A stretch of 64,000 nucleotides of DNA from Enoplolaimus lenunculus (lineage: Eukaryota), in contig JASANG010001107.1 of assembly GCA_030248215.1 (NCBI GenBank), forward strand, positions 186,001 through 250,000, written 5' to 3'. A program made the position numbers and the translations under genes. A model generated the notes under the pieces. The model was not told the origin of the DNA, ran no database searches, and worked only from the letters and a program-made list of their open reading frames with translations. Within the stretch, counting starts at the first letter, position 1. The number at the start of each line of letters is the position of its first letter. Positions 40,301 to 52,644 of the stretch are shown in pieces.

Positions 40301-40678
40301 TCAATGACACAATAATGACAGCTGTAGAAGATTCAACGCACGAAATACAAGTACCAAAATTAGGACAAGATGTTGCGACGCAATGTGTTGATCGGCGACG
40401 TATGAAACAGATGCTGCAACATCGACGTCGCGTGCAGTACGAGCAACGACAGAAAGAATGTCAATTGCAGCGGAAACAGTTTCAACAACAACAACAACAA
40501 CAACAACAGCAGCAGCAGCAGCAGCTGATGCTGCAGCAGCAACAACAAAAATACAGTCATCAAAATCTTTATCATCATCACAGAAAAAATTCCTCTCAAC
40601 TTCATCATCATCACCATCATCATAACCAGCAACAACAGCAACATCATCATCAACAGCAAGAACAACATCAACATCGGC

Positions 40679-40740
<62 letters not shown>

Positions 40741-43700
40741 CTACAACAACAGCAACACTATCATGATTTAAAATTGCGAAGGTCTGGTGAACGTCAACCT
40801 AACTGCGCTGATGGCCAACATCAACGGAATATAAGCGATTTGGGTCAAAATGAAAATTCCAAGCTTTTGTCCAAACACGAAACCATCCAAACGATACAAA
40901 ACTACAAACAACAACAACAAAACTTTGCATATTCAGCAGGAAACACCATTCCAATAAGCAACGATACAACACGAGAAATCTATTTGCAGCGAGCTCAGTA
41001 TCCACTGTTGGTAAACCAACCAGATGTCAATGTTTCTCGCTATCTGGCAACTGCACAAAATATGATTGAGCAAAACCAGCAGCAACAACGGCAATTGTTT
41101 GAACTACAACAAGCGCATCAATTTTACGAACACATTCAGCTGCTAAAACAAAACCAACAAATCAACAATAATTTCGATCCACGAAAACCGGCAATATCAC
41201 AACCGGAATGGAATTTATTACTGAATAAACTGTCACAACCGTATCCAATGACAACGTTAACAAATCCGACAGCGAACACAAATGTGGTCACAAGTTTGCT
41301 ACAAAATCTACTGACGTACAGTAACATTGCCACTGGTAACAACAACAAGCCACACGAAAATCAAGCACTGCAACAAGTGAGCAATCGTATCGTCACAGAA
41401 TCTGTAGATTCCTTTCGAACCAACCGTCCAACGACTGAAAATTTAGTTACACTCAATGGAACAGCGACAAGCAATGTCAATCATAACAACAGTAAAAACG
41501 CCACCGTTAATGGATATTCTAACAATACTCGCTCAGATGACACTCCAGCCATGACTCAAGAACAGCTAACAGCGCAAGGTTTCTTATTTGGACTTCAAAA
41601 CAATTCAAACAGTGGTACAGCTGATAACCGATGCGGAAACAATGGTATAATTAGCAGCAACGCAACATCATCGACAAGCAACAATAGTTTTCAGAGTGAT
41701 TCAACAAGCCCTAGAAATAGTGGAGGAAGCGAAAGCATAAGCAACAGTAGTAGTATGAGTAGTGGTATTGGCGGCAGCGGATCAGACGGGCCGAATAACA
41801 ACATATCTGCAAAAAATAACAGCTCTAACAATTCTACAGATAGTAACGAAAATGGTGCATCGAACAGCGACGGCAACTCATCCAACAACCACAGCAACAG
41901 CAGCAGCAGCAGCAACCACAACAACAACAACATCATCAACAACAACAGCAGCAACAACAACAACAATAACAACAATAACAACAACAACAACAACAACCTC
42001 AATAACAACAAGAACAACACGAACACCACCAACAACAACAGCACCACTACCACCACCAACAACAACAACACCAACACCAACACCAACACCACCATCACCA
42101 ACAACAACAACAACAACAATAATAATAATAATAACAACAACAGTTGCGATAACGAGCACGACAGCAGAAATTGTGGAAACAACAGGGCAATTAGTACTGC
42201 GAGTTACCGTAGCGGCAGCAGCGATACACTGTTGTTTCCTACATTTCGCGTTTCAAATTCGACAAGTGCATTCTCGCAAGTGGTTTCTAAACCAAGTCAA
42301 TCAAGGCTGATAACACCGACGTGCACAAGTTTTGCTGAAACTCAACAATCAAACAACAATGTAGCAGTATATCATCAAATACTCCAATCAAGTGATCGCG
42401 GTCAAAAATCCGACACGTCAAGCGGCCCAAATGTGTCTGATACCACGCCGACTGGTTTCAATTTAAACCCTGCTAGTGTCACAAATATGATTGAAAAGTC
42501 GGACAACGTTCAGAAACCAACAAGTGTCAATATGAATTTCAACAGTTCCGTATTCACTGACAATTCGATGATTCATTGCTCTAAACGAAAAGGTAGATAG
42601 TTTAAAAAGTTGTGGAGTCAAAGCAGTGAGATTAATAACCACACGTTTTGTCTTAAAAACAGTTCGCTGTTGCACAGGGATAAGTACATCAAGCAACCGT
42701 GCCGACATTAGGCTAAGAAGTACCTCTGCTAAACCATATAATAACTGAATAATTTGATGTTCTATTTTATGGCAAATAAAAATTTTAGCTTGAAAACTGA
42801 ACTCACTCGTCTTGTAAAATCTTTACGGATTTCATAAAAGTCCTGCGCCTTGAAATCCTGTGAATACTTTTGAGCATCGGTAATTTTTCGCACATAATTT
42901 TTCTGCACCTTATTCTACTGCGTCGACTTGAAACTTTAGCCAGACCAAACTATATTTTTAGCACCAAAACGTTCGCCGGGTAACGGTTGGAGCGAAAGCG
43001 GCGAACCACGGCGAAACAAACGAAAATCAATCGACGATACAATTAATCAAACGGCTGCTCAACTGATCAGCGGGAATGAATTCAATTCCCGTCCGGAAAC
43101 GGCACATCATCAAGTATCGCTGGCGGACGAAGTTCGAAACAGCAGTCAAGGATGGTGTCGCAACCGACAATACATTCAACGAACTGAAAATGGATTCAAG
43201 TGTACACTGTGTAACAAAGTGTATCATCGGTACAATTCAACGTCATATCATGTCACAATTTATCATCGAAATCCGCCCATCAAATGTGATCATGCTGGAT
43301 GTGACTTTGAAACGCGTGAAGCACGCTATATTCATTTCCACAAATATTATCGGCACAGTGTCCCGTTACCAGGTAAATAAACAATCGTAACTTATATATC
43401 TTAACTTTCGTAATAACGAACGTATTCATATTATAAATAAATTTCAGCTCTACATGTGCTATTTGCACATTAGAATACCCAGTAAATCAGCGTTGAAGGT
43501 GCTCAGTCTGTCTGCACAACTGCTAAAATTAACGTTCGACAATAACTTCGAATTATACTCACAGAATAACACTAGTTGACTTTCTCGTTATAATCAATAT
43601 ATTCCCAGTTATACAAAGTAAACTAAAGTTTATATTCCACAACTGTTGACACTATTGGTAGTGTATCTGTAAACATTTCTTTTTAAAACAGTTCATTAAA

Positions 43701-45692
43701 TCTGTGTTTAATTTTGTTTCAGCCAGTATCGATACAGTACACAGACGATGTCCGCACTGTAAACATATTGCGAAATCGCCAGCAATGCTTGACAAACACA
43801 TTAGTCGACATGGCATACAAGACCGCAACGGACCAAACAATACAGGTAATAACCATTGAGAATATATACTAGTCAAGGTTACAGCTTAAATCTGTATTTA
43901 TCGAATTTAGTTGTACAACTCGCAGCAGTTACTTTTGCGAAGCAATCGCAGAGTCGAACCAATGACCGATTCATTTTAAGTCGTATTTCGTAACCACTGA
44001 ACCAAGTAGGAGCTATCGGTTCTATCCCAAAACCCTAACATAACATATAGTATGTACATGGTTGAAATTTCGTGCAATATATGATGTCTACACCCATGCA
44101 CATTGGTACGTAAAGCGTTAACAACAACCTTAATTTGTAAAAAGTGCATTTTTTTCACGTTTCGAATATTTCAGCTTTTAGCTTCATTCATAATACTTAA
44201 GTACCATATTGCAAAACAATTGCTTGTTGAGACATGCCGGTTTTATAGACAATGGCTGGGTTTCTGAAACCGTACTTAAGTATAACTTTATACTTAAGTA
44301 TTTGCTAAACAATTACTCAATCAATTTGATGTCTCTACCGTACTTAAGTTAAGTAAATACTTATTAGTAACTAAAAGTTTGTTTTTATTTAAAATGTTAA
44401 GTATTAACTTAAATCGGCGACTTAAGTAAATACTTAAGCAAAACTTAAGTAGACAATTTCATAAACCTATTCAATGATTAAGAATCCTTAAATTTAAGTT
44501 ATCTTCGTTTATATGGTTATATACAATTTTAGGTGCTGCCGTAATGAATCCAAATTCTACCGACGGCAACTCAACCAGTACAGACGTTTTCCAGACGGAT
44601 GCGCAAAAACGAAAAGGACCATCTCTTCAAGCACTGCTATTCGACACCTCTTGGCATAGCTCAGCCATTGGTTCTGGCCTATCGACGCTTACTGGTACAG
44701 GACGTTGCAACACAACTGGAACAGAAAGCAAAACTGAGTCGACCGACGAACGCACACCACAACTATTGTCGTTTAGTCAAACTCAATCTGGTGGTTCAAA
44801 CGCTAAAGATATCGATCGAGGGGTTACTACGTATTTAGAAAATTCAAAACTACTTCATTGCAACGCTGCGGCGTACAACTCGACTGATGTTCAGTTTAAT
44901 GCTATCTCAGATACAACGGTAAATTTTTTATAAGTTTAATCAAACAAACCAAATAAGCAATATATCGCTAAGATTTTTAATGTTTTTTTACAAAAACGAA
45001 CAACCACCCAAATCACAGATTAACAAACCAAAAACCTTGGCGCAAGCTTCTTCTTAAGCAGAACAATAAACAAATATGCTAATATTTGTCGTATTTCGAC
45101 TTGAAAAACAGTCAACAAATTTAGCAAGTCAAAGTGATTGCAATATTTGTAACTCAAACTCTACTTCTTATATAAAACACTGATTGTTATGTTTTTATTT
45201 GTATAGTGTAATTTGTTGGCGTTCTGGCTTATACAGTCCATAGTTATAATAACTAACGGCGCAAATGACTAGTGTTTTGGTTCAGGAATGACCTAATTTT
45301 TCTTTGCATTTTACATTTTTCTTGATACATAGAGTACCAAATTTGTTGTATACATGTAGGCCACAAAACGAGCCCAAGAACACGGTCAAACGACGTTACG
45401 GCAGCAAAACTTAATTCCGCACCAACACACAGCTGACTTAGTCCTTCAAACAATTCCTGGCAACTTACAATTGCAGTCAACGATTCTTGCCAACAAATCG
45501 TATTTCAACAATGTACAGCCAGATTCTACAACTGCACGCTTTGTAGGCAACAGTGAAAACAGTGCGCTTTTGATTAGATCAGAAATGTCGAAAACATGCG
45601 ATGTAGGCAATGTTGTTTTGAACCAGAAACCGTTATCTGGTCTTATTGAACCAAATATTAATAAAACACTTTCGTCTAATACAACTATATAA
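35643..45692 (+). CDS. Giant BTB/POZ + triple C2H2-type (PQM-1-like) zinc-finger protein, ~2540 aa; exons 35643-37350, 37931-42592, 42962-43372, 43723-43845, 44533-44918, 45360-45692
   Basis: All introns are GT-AG with matching phases (1,1,1,1,0); exon sum 7623 nt = 2541 codons. BTB motif (PDVRIVTANGKVSFLAHRVVLAANSKHFERLF ... AIEFLYSGRL ... ALLAVAKTCEIPELI) is split by intron 1. Fingers: FKCTLCNKVYHRYNSTSYHVTIYH, IKCDHAGCDFETREARYIHFHKYYRH, RRCPHCKHIAKSPAMLDKHISRH. Start codon and possible upstream exons are uncertain. Confidence 0.85.
37931..42592 (+). CDS. Coding exon 2 of BTB-ZF gene (4662 bp): C-terminal half of BTB plus large Ser/Gln/His/Asn-rich disordered region
   Basis: Acceptor TTTGTTTCAG ends at 37930; 1569-aa open frame; donor AAG|GTAGAT at 42593. 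Confidence 0.9.
42962..43372 (+). CDS. Coding exon 3 of BTB-ZF gene: zinc fingers 1-2
   Basis: Acceptor TATATTTTTAG, donor CAG|GTAAAT; manual translation ...GWCRNRQYIQRTENGFKCTLCNKVYHRYNSTSYHVTIYHRNPPIKCDHAGCDFETREARYIHFHKYYRHSVPLP with no stop. Confidence 0.9.
43723..43845 (+). CDS. Coding exon 4 of BTB-ZF gene: zinc finger 3
   Basis: Acceptor TTTTGTTTCAG, donor CAG|GTAATA; translates (A)SIDTVHRRCPHCKHIAKSPAMLDKHISRHGIQDRNGPNNT. Confidence 0.9.
44258..44470. mobile_element. Intronic palindromic MITE-like element with ACTTAAGT repeats
   Basis: GGGTTTCTGAAAC ... ATTTCATAAACCT ends; repeated ACTTAAGT. Confidence 0.5.
44533..44918 (+). CDS. Coding exon 5 of BTB-ZF gene (Ser/Thr-rich)
   Basis: Acceptor CAATTTTAG, phase 1, in frame with ORF 44544-44933; donor ACG|GTAAAT, phase 0. 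Confidence 0.75.
45360..45692 (+). CDS. Probable last coding exon of BTB-ZF gene
   Basis: Acceptor TACATGTAG ends at 45359, phase 0; open frame ATKRAQEHGQ...SNTTI to TAA at 45690-45692. Confidence 0.6.
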   Translation, partial: ATKRAQEHGQTTLRQQNLIPHQHTADLVLQTIPGNLQLQSTILANKSYFNNVQPDSTTARFVGNSENSALLIRSEMSKTCDVGNVVLNQKPLSGLIEPNINKTLSSNTTI

Positions 45693-48600
45693 AAATAATG
45701 TCAATTCATAGTCAAAAATTTAAATTTCAGTATTAACCATTGAGAAATTGCAAGAGCACCTATGGGAACGTACATGGATGCCGACAAGCAAACTAGTCTT
45801 TAGCAATAAATTAACTGTTGTCTAGCCATACATAGCAGCAGCCAAGAACAACTTTAAACAGGATGGTTGTGGAATTTTGGTTTGATAATTGGGTAAATTT
45901 CTTGCAAAATTTTGGCTTATAAAATTTATCATTTTTTAAAGACGCAAATACCAGAACCGGAAGTCAATTAGCTGCACCGGAATTGGGACTGAAACAAAAT
46001 TGTATAGTTAAAATGATGTTAAATACGGTATAGATAACAATAATTTGTATTTAGTATTGTGATAAGTTGTTGTTTTAAAGCTTATTTTGTGAGAAATTTT
46101 GCTTTTTTAATGTGATCTCATTTTATAAATGTGTAATTATTTATTTATTTCATCAGTTTGTACTTTTGTTTTTGATGCTATTTTAGTACAGATGTTTTTT
46201 TTTATTTATTCGGGTGAAATGCTATACTGAATTATGGTCTGAATGCCGGGTAATAGCTTGAACGTGTATAAAATGCGCTTGTTGACGTGTGTACGTTCAG
46301 TTTTTCATAGTACATAATATATTATGGCTTTTTGCATTATGGCTTATATGAACTTTGTATTTAAAAACTGTTTCTAGTTAACGTTATATTACAATTGTTT
46401 CAACGCCTGCATAATACAGAATGTTTAGCAGACCAAAACTCTCAATAATTCCTCTATAGATGAGGCCCATGCCCCCCTTTTCTTAAGGTGGAAAATTTAC
46501 GGTCAGGAGCGGATCACAGGCGCTTATGTTTGAGACGCTAGATCTCCCTGGTTTGGCAGGAAAAATCACAAGCTTAGGTTATGTATAGAAAACGCGAAAG
46601 TAGAAAATTCAGAGCCTATGTTATCTCTGGTTTCGTAATAAAAGAAAAAAATTGTAGTGCACGTTTTTCAAAGGAGTTAAGCAGGGGGCCTATGCCCAAA
46701 ACAAACCATCAGACAAATCAGCTTATTATTGGAACTGCATAAATATTCTTATCACTAGCGGTGGAATGCAAAAAGCGCCGCAGGCGAAATTTTTGAGATA
46801 TACTAACACATGACGGTACAGATGTATTAAAGTAAATTATAGCAGGTTGCCGCTAAAAGTTGGACTTCTATGTTTTAGCCTAGAAATTTCGACTCCTGAC
46901 CCCACATTGGCCAGCTAGTGATTTCAGCATCACGTGGTTATCCTGACCGCTTTAGCCAGCTGGAAACTATAAATCAAATCTGCAGCTTACAAGCACTTGT
47001 TTGTATACGTACTTATGCTGTACATGATGAGGCATTATATATCAGACACTTAGCAGTTTTGTCATTTCTTGGGATATGCCCCGAAATGATTCGCGTTTGA
47101 TTTCACAATAAACAGGTATTTTCTTTATTAACGTTTAAATATTTTGAGCTTTTCAAATCGTTAAAAATTCATGTCAAACCAGCTGAAAAGAGAAAGAAGC
47201 ACTTAGAACGTCGGCATTGTTGATGTATCCGCTAATGACGTATTGCGATAGGAGTAACGGTTATCTGCCTTAAACTATAGAACGTTTTCTGAACTCGTTA
47301 ATCTACTGTACGGTAGATATATATACTGTTCGATTCTAGCATGCAGATTAGGTGTAGAATCAAGGATCTATTCCGCCGCCACAATTGTAGTTATATATGA
47401 AAATCCTGAAACTTTTCAAGAATTTCGCCGAGGCCACCAGAGCCTGAGATCGGCGTGCTGCTAGAGCGGGTGAACTTTAATACAGTCGAAGCCTGAATTA
47501 TTACCAATCAAATTTTGGTATGAAAATATACCATTTTTGAAATTATGCTTATATATAACTTTTTCGTTCACTGGTTTTTGGATTTTGGTATGTTTGCTGG
47601 GTTGCTTTTCATAGATACTTGGACATAGAGCTGTATTAATACTAAATTTTGTTTTCTATTCATATATAAATTGTGATTGCAATTCTGTTCGAGTTATGTA
47701 CACTATTTAAGCGGTGGTATGAAACGTTTCAAGAATAAAGTTTTTTCGCAACCACAGCCAGAACGGAATTTCACGGTGTTACGGCGTAATTTTTCATTCA
47801 GTTTTCCATTTTTAACTATCAACATAATCAAAATGAGGTTGTGAGAGATTCTGCAGGTATATATTGTTTCGAGGGATCGATCGGATATCTGGTTCCGGTT
47901 TAATTCATAATGACGACCTTGAAGGTAAACCTGAAACAGTAACATTTTTGTGGGGGAAAATAAAAAATTAATGTTTAATTTTACGCCGTGGCTGGTGTTA
48001 ATATCTTTCGGTATGTAGGAAAGATATTACAACGGTGTAATTTTTCCGGGGCGGATTTACAGTGGGACGAATTACGCCATGACTTTACGCCGTAATGCAC
48101 CATCCAGGTTAATGGTTATACTGCGCTCTCACCAATGTCAAAAATGTCCATGATATTATTGGAAAGTAAGTAGCAATAAAATTACAGCTATTTATTGCAC
48201 AAACTAATTATTTTCATTCAATTCAGCTTGTATGTTGTTTTTGCAGTCTATTCTTAGGAGGTGAAAATCTTATCCTCGTTTCATTACACTATTAATATGC
48301 TGCATAGCTGATTTCATTAATGTTGTCTATGTCTAATGTACCTCTTTTTTGTTCGCTCATCGTTGTACTCAATACGTGTATAAAGTTTGATTTAAACAGT
48401 AAATCATTAAAAAATTGAGAAAACGAAAATATGCTGATAAAAACGTGCATATTTAGACATAAAAACTAGGGTTAAAGGGAGCTGAAAAACCAAAACCGAA
48501 TGCAAATGTTTTCATTGTCAAGTTCGGCATTATTAATCTGCGCTAAGTGTTATAACTCGAGGTCAATTTTCTGATGAAACCAGACCTCCCATTGTGCCCA

Positions 48601-48714
48601 GAAAAGAATTACTTGGAAAAACCAGCCATAGAAAAATAATTGGTCTAAAAACAGGCAACGCTTTCGAAAAATGTTGTATAGTATAAACTTATTCCTAAAA
48701 TAAAGCCTAAGTAT

Positions 48715-50308
48715 TATAGATGGGCACCGTATATGCGAATATGCGGATATGAAAAATATCCGGATATGTATCCGAAAAGAAATATGTATCTGGATACCCG
48801 GATATATTCGGATGTCCGCCGGATATCCAAAATGCTATTGTGTAAAATTTTTTCGAATAATTTGCATTGTTTCACCACTTAAGTATCTAGGCCTGACGAA
48901 AAATAATTCTGTATTCAAATCTCAGTCAGACTCAGAATACTGAACTAAATTCTTGACAATTTTTGTGAGTAGATTTGGCTTTTGCGCTGTATATTGTTTG
49001 TAAAATTCTGAGCTGTTTAGCGTTCGTCTTCTTCCAATCATAGTTACAGTCAGACAAGTTTTTATAATTCAGTACGGTCTTAAACAGTTTCATTCGTTTG
49101 ATGGAGAACGATCTTAGTAGGTTTTGCTTTAATAAAAAGTAATTATAAATTCGTAGTTAGGCGCGCTAAACCAATCATCCAACGAAAAAATGACGCAATT
49201 CAACTCATCGCTTCGCTTTTACACGGCAATACACGTGAAAGGATTATAGATTTCTGAACTGTTAAAAATACATTTTCGTTTCCGCAGTAGTCTATATAAG
49301 ATCACCAAAAGTGAAAATATATATTCGTCTTAAAAATTAAAATTGAATTGAAATCATCAGGGAAGGTTAAGGAGCCAAATCGGCATTATGTTTCGACATA
49401 ACGACAAGAGCGGATCATGAAGATTCGAACCAATATTACTTTACTTTTAGCGATTTAACAACCAAAAACCATATTGCTAAGTTTAAGCCTCCTAGCGTAA
49501 TAAACACAAGTCTGATACAAATCTCAATTCTAAGCCCAAGCGAAAAAATTAGTCTAAATTTTAAGCATATCTAGTGAAAAAGCCGAAACTAGTTGACGGA
49601 AGGGTGACATTCAATAGAATCTTTGTAGCAGTGGTTTAAATCAGACAGACACAAACCAAATCAACTCAATTTCAGGTGGCCAACGCAAGTACTTATTCAT
49701 TAGTCAGTAACAATCTTTTAATCCGGATACCCAGAACTATTGAGGCCAGGGTGTAAACGGATAGTAAAAACAACGGAGACGGATAGTGATCGAAATAATG
49801 CGCCATTTATAACCAAATGTATATGTTATCTTCCTTCACATCAAATCCTTGTATACAATATTTGCAATTTTCTGACACTTCAAAAATTTGACTTACTCTG
49901 TTATTAGTATACAATGCCTTATATCTAAGAAAAAAGTTTACATTTCAAACATTTCCTTCGGTGAACTTACACTTAGACCATTTTAAAGATCGTTGAAAGT
50001 TTCTCGCAGTGATTCCAGCTGAAATTTCCCATTGGTTACTTTGATTCTGAACGTAATGAAAATAAGAGTACCTAGTTTACGCATAAACTATAGAGGTATT
50101 TTGATAGCTTTACCAAAAGGACTTTGCGTGCAAATATTTCACCAAAATTTCCCTGTCGTCGAAAATTTGATTCTATCACCGTTTGTCGCATCTCTATAAA
50201 ACAGCGGGCACTGAATAGTTTTAAGCGTTCTCGATGACACACCTTCTACATTCCTATAAGTGGTCACCGGATATCCAGATATGAAAAAATATCCGATGCC
50301 CATCACTA
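48715..50308. mobile_element. ~1.6-kb non-autonomous hAT-like element
   Basis: Ends TATAGATGGGCACCG / CCGATGCCCATCACTA; subterminal CCGGATAT repeats at both ends; 8-bp flanks CTAAGTAT / CTAAGCCT. Confidence 0.6.
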
Positions 50309-52170
50309 CTAAGCCTATTTCAGTCCCACTGAAAAACGTTCCGCACATATTTTGTACCTGGTCCAAAGTGCATAAGGTTTGGCACAATGCCACTAAGTGC
50401 AAAGCCATCGTACGGTTTTACACACAAATATCGGTGATGTCAGCGAAAACGTATATTCATCATTTTATTTTGATAGTTTCGATGTCCTTTAGATTAAAAC
50501 GAATATTTCATACCATGCTAACAAGACAAAATTAAGCTAAAATCTGGCACGATCAGCCCAAAAATATGAGAAAGTTGCAAAAGTCGGTAGATAGCAAAGA
50601 TTAAGCCTTAGATTATCTTCGATTAACGCAAAAAAGTTATAACGATTTATTATATATAAATGCAAGACCACAAACAAACATATCAGGATTCAACCGGATA
50701 TAAAAACATACCGGAGCACAATATTTAACCCTTTGACGCCCATTGACGCAAATTTGCACCATAAGTATTTGCCGCGTATAACAAATGAACTAATGCGCAA
50801 TTGCGAACGATTTCCTATTGATGCATTTTTGGGATACTTATGCATATTATGTTATACGTACAGTGTAAAAGACATAACTAGTGTGTAATAACAGGACAGA
50901 ATTTTACGGGTTTTGATGCGAATGTACGGTCCCTCAAAAAATCGGCCCCCATAAGTGGCCTGGGTGGTTCTGAAGCTACTACTAACTGCGTTTAGCCTCA
51001 GTTAAACGATCTTGGCGATGCCTAATATGCACACTATGAAATTGAGCGAAATCAACAGTTGCCTTAGTTTTTTTACGCTTGTTTTGTTAGGTTTTGAGTC
51101 TTTGCGCTTATGACCATGTAACTGAGATACTAACGTTCTTTAACGCATGATTGTGTTAAAATTAGTAGCGACATCGATATCGGCATATGTAGGTTTTGGC
51201 ATCGGCAAAATTGGAAAATAAGAATCGGTATCGACATTGGCAAAACTATGGAGTCGGCACATCATTATTTTCTAGTTTACTTTCAGACATTGTATAATAA
51301 CAGCCCACATATCTCCGAGTAAAATGTCTAATACTTAACACGTTCCCTACTCAGAAATAAGTAATTATCTCGAAACCATTAATGCCGCGAACATTAATTA
51401 TATATTTGAAGCGGCTTGTGTTTTTGCAAAACATTCCTTATTTGTAATCACACACCTCAGGTATAAAATGCACGACACAAGTATTAAAACACCACCATTA
51501 ACAGCTTAGCGACGTAGGCCCCAAACCAAAATCCTGGCTATGCCCATGTATGTACGCGTTTGTTTTGAGTTTTCTAGTACATTTTTTCTTGAACTTAAAC
51601 TAGCTAGATCGTCTTTTGCTCCAATTAGGAGCGGTAAGACTGGTTTGTTTTGTTTTGTAATCTAAATTAAGCTTTCTCTGTGCTTTAGAATATTCTCCAA
51701 TGGAGGTCTCTTTTCAACGGGGGTCATTTTTTATATGCGACGCTGTGTAAAATGACCGGGGGTTTCTGATTAATGGGGTCAAATTTTCACACGACAGTAC
51801 TATAAAAATCGGACCACCATAATAATGTGGGGAATCATTTTTGGGGGGGGGGGGCCATTTTTAGAGGGGGGGCATTTTTTCATGTGTTACCTTCCCTTTA
51901 CTTCGTAATAACATCTGCAAGCAAAGAGGCTATAGAACGTATGGGTCAATGTTAATTATAAAGGAGGGCCCTGAACCCCTAAACAAGTTCACACTTCAAT
52001 TCATGACGATTGGAGATCGGGGACTTAGGCACTGGGAGGCTTATACTTAGGCTTATGTTTCATCTTGCGCTTACGCTTATGCTTATTCTCAGGCTATGGC
52101 TGAAACTCACATTTAACTGATAGGCCATAACAGCTAAACACGAGTCACACCCTTGCCACAAAAGATGAAT

Positions 52171-52644
52171 TTACTCAAACATCACATCGCCATAAGCTGT
52201 GGTTTTTCGACCGCCACTAAACTGTTTATTTTCATTTAGACCAGGGCGTTGAGCGACATCCGCTGGCGTAACATCCCCAGTGCCAACTTGAAACTGTCTC
52301 ATCTCAGGTTTAGTATTCGTACTTGCTTGAAAATCATCGCTTACTGCGTGTTTCAATTGTTGTTGATCTTTTATTAAACTTGCATGCTGCTGTTTATAGT
52401 ATTCAAGACCGTTTTTGCGTCGTAACTCATCGTACGTGGTAGCTATTTTTCTAGGGGGTACATTTTCTACTAAACCTCTGTCAGAAGTGTCGAGAACGAG
52501 GGCAGAAGGTTCATCGCTATACTGAATTTGTCCAGGAAACCGTTCTGACGCATCAATCATTGGTTGCATAGTTTCAGACGATGGTGTAGACTGTACGTCA
52601 CCCTGCGCGCCAGCCATGGGATAATAAGCAGGAGGCACTGTCAC
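52171..52644 (-). CDS. OCIAD1: OCIAD1 last coding exon
   Basis: Acceptor GGTTTTAG, phase 0; contains TYDELRRKN and AYGDVMFE-stop. Confidence 0.85.
   Translation of the reverse strand: MTVPPAYYPMAGAQGDVQSTPSSETMQPMIDASERFPGQIQYSDEPSALVLDTSDRGLVENVPPRKIATTYDELRRKNGLEYYKQQHASLIKDQQQLKHAVSDDFQASTNTKPEMRQFQVGTGDVTPADVAQRPGLNENKQFSGGRKTTAYGDVMFE

Noticed and set aside
35639..42310. Antisense or alternate-frame polyL, polyV, polyC and polyT ORFs
   Set aside because: Shadows of the AAC/CAA repeats in the real + strand exons.
43076..43390. 104-aa ORF in the supplied track
   Set aside because: Wrong frame; the zinc-finger exon is in a different + frame.
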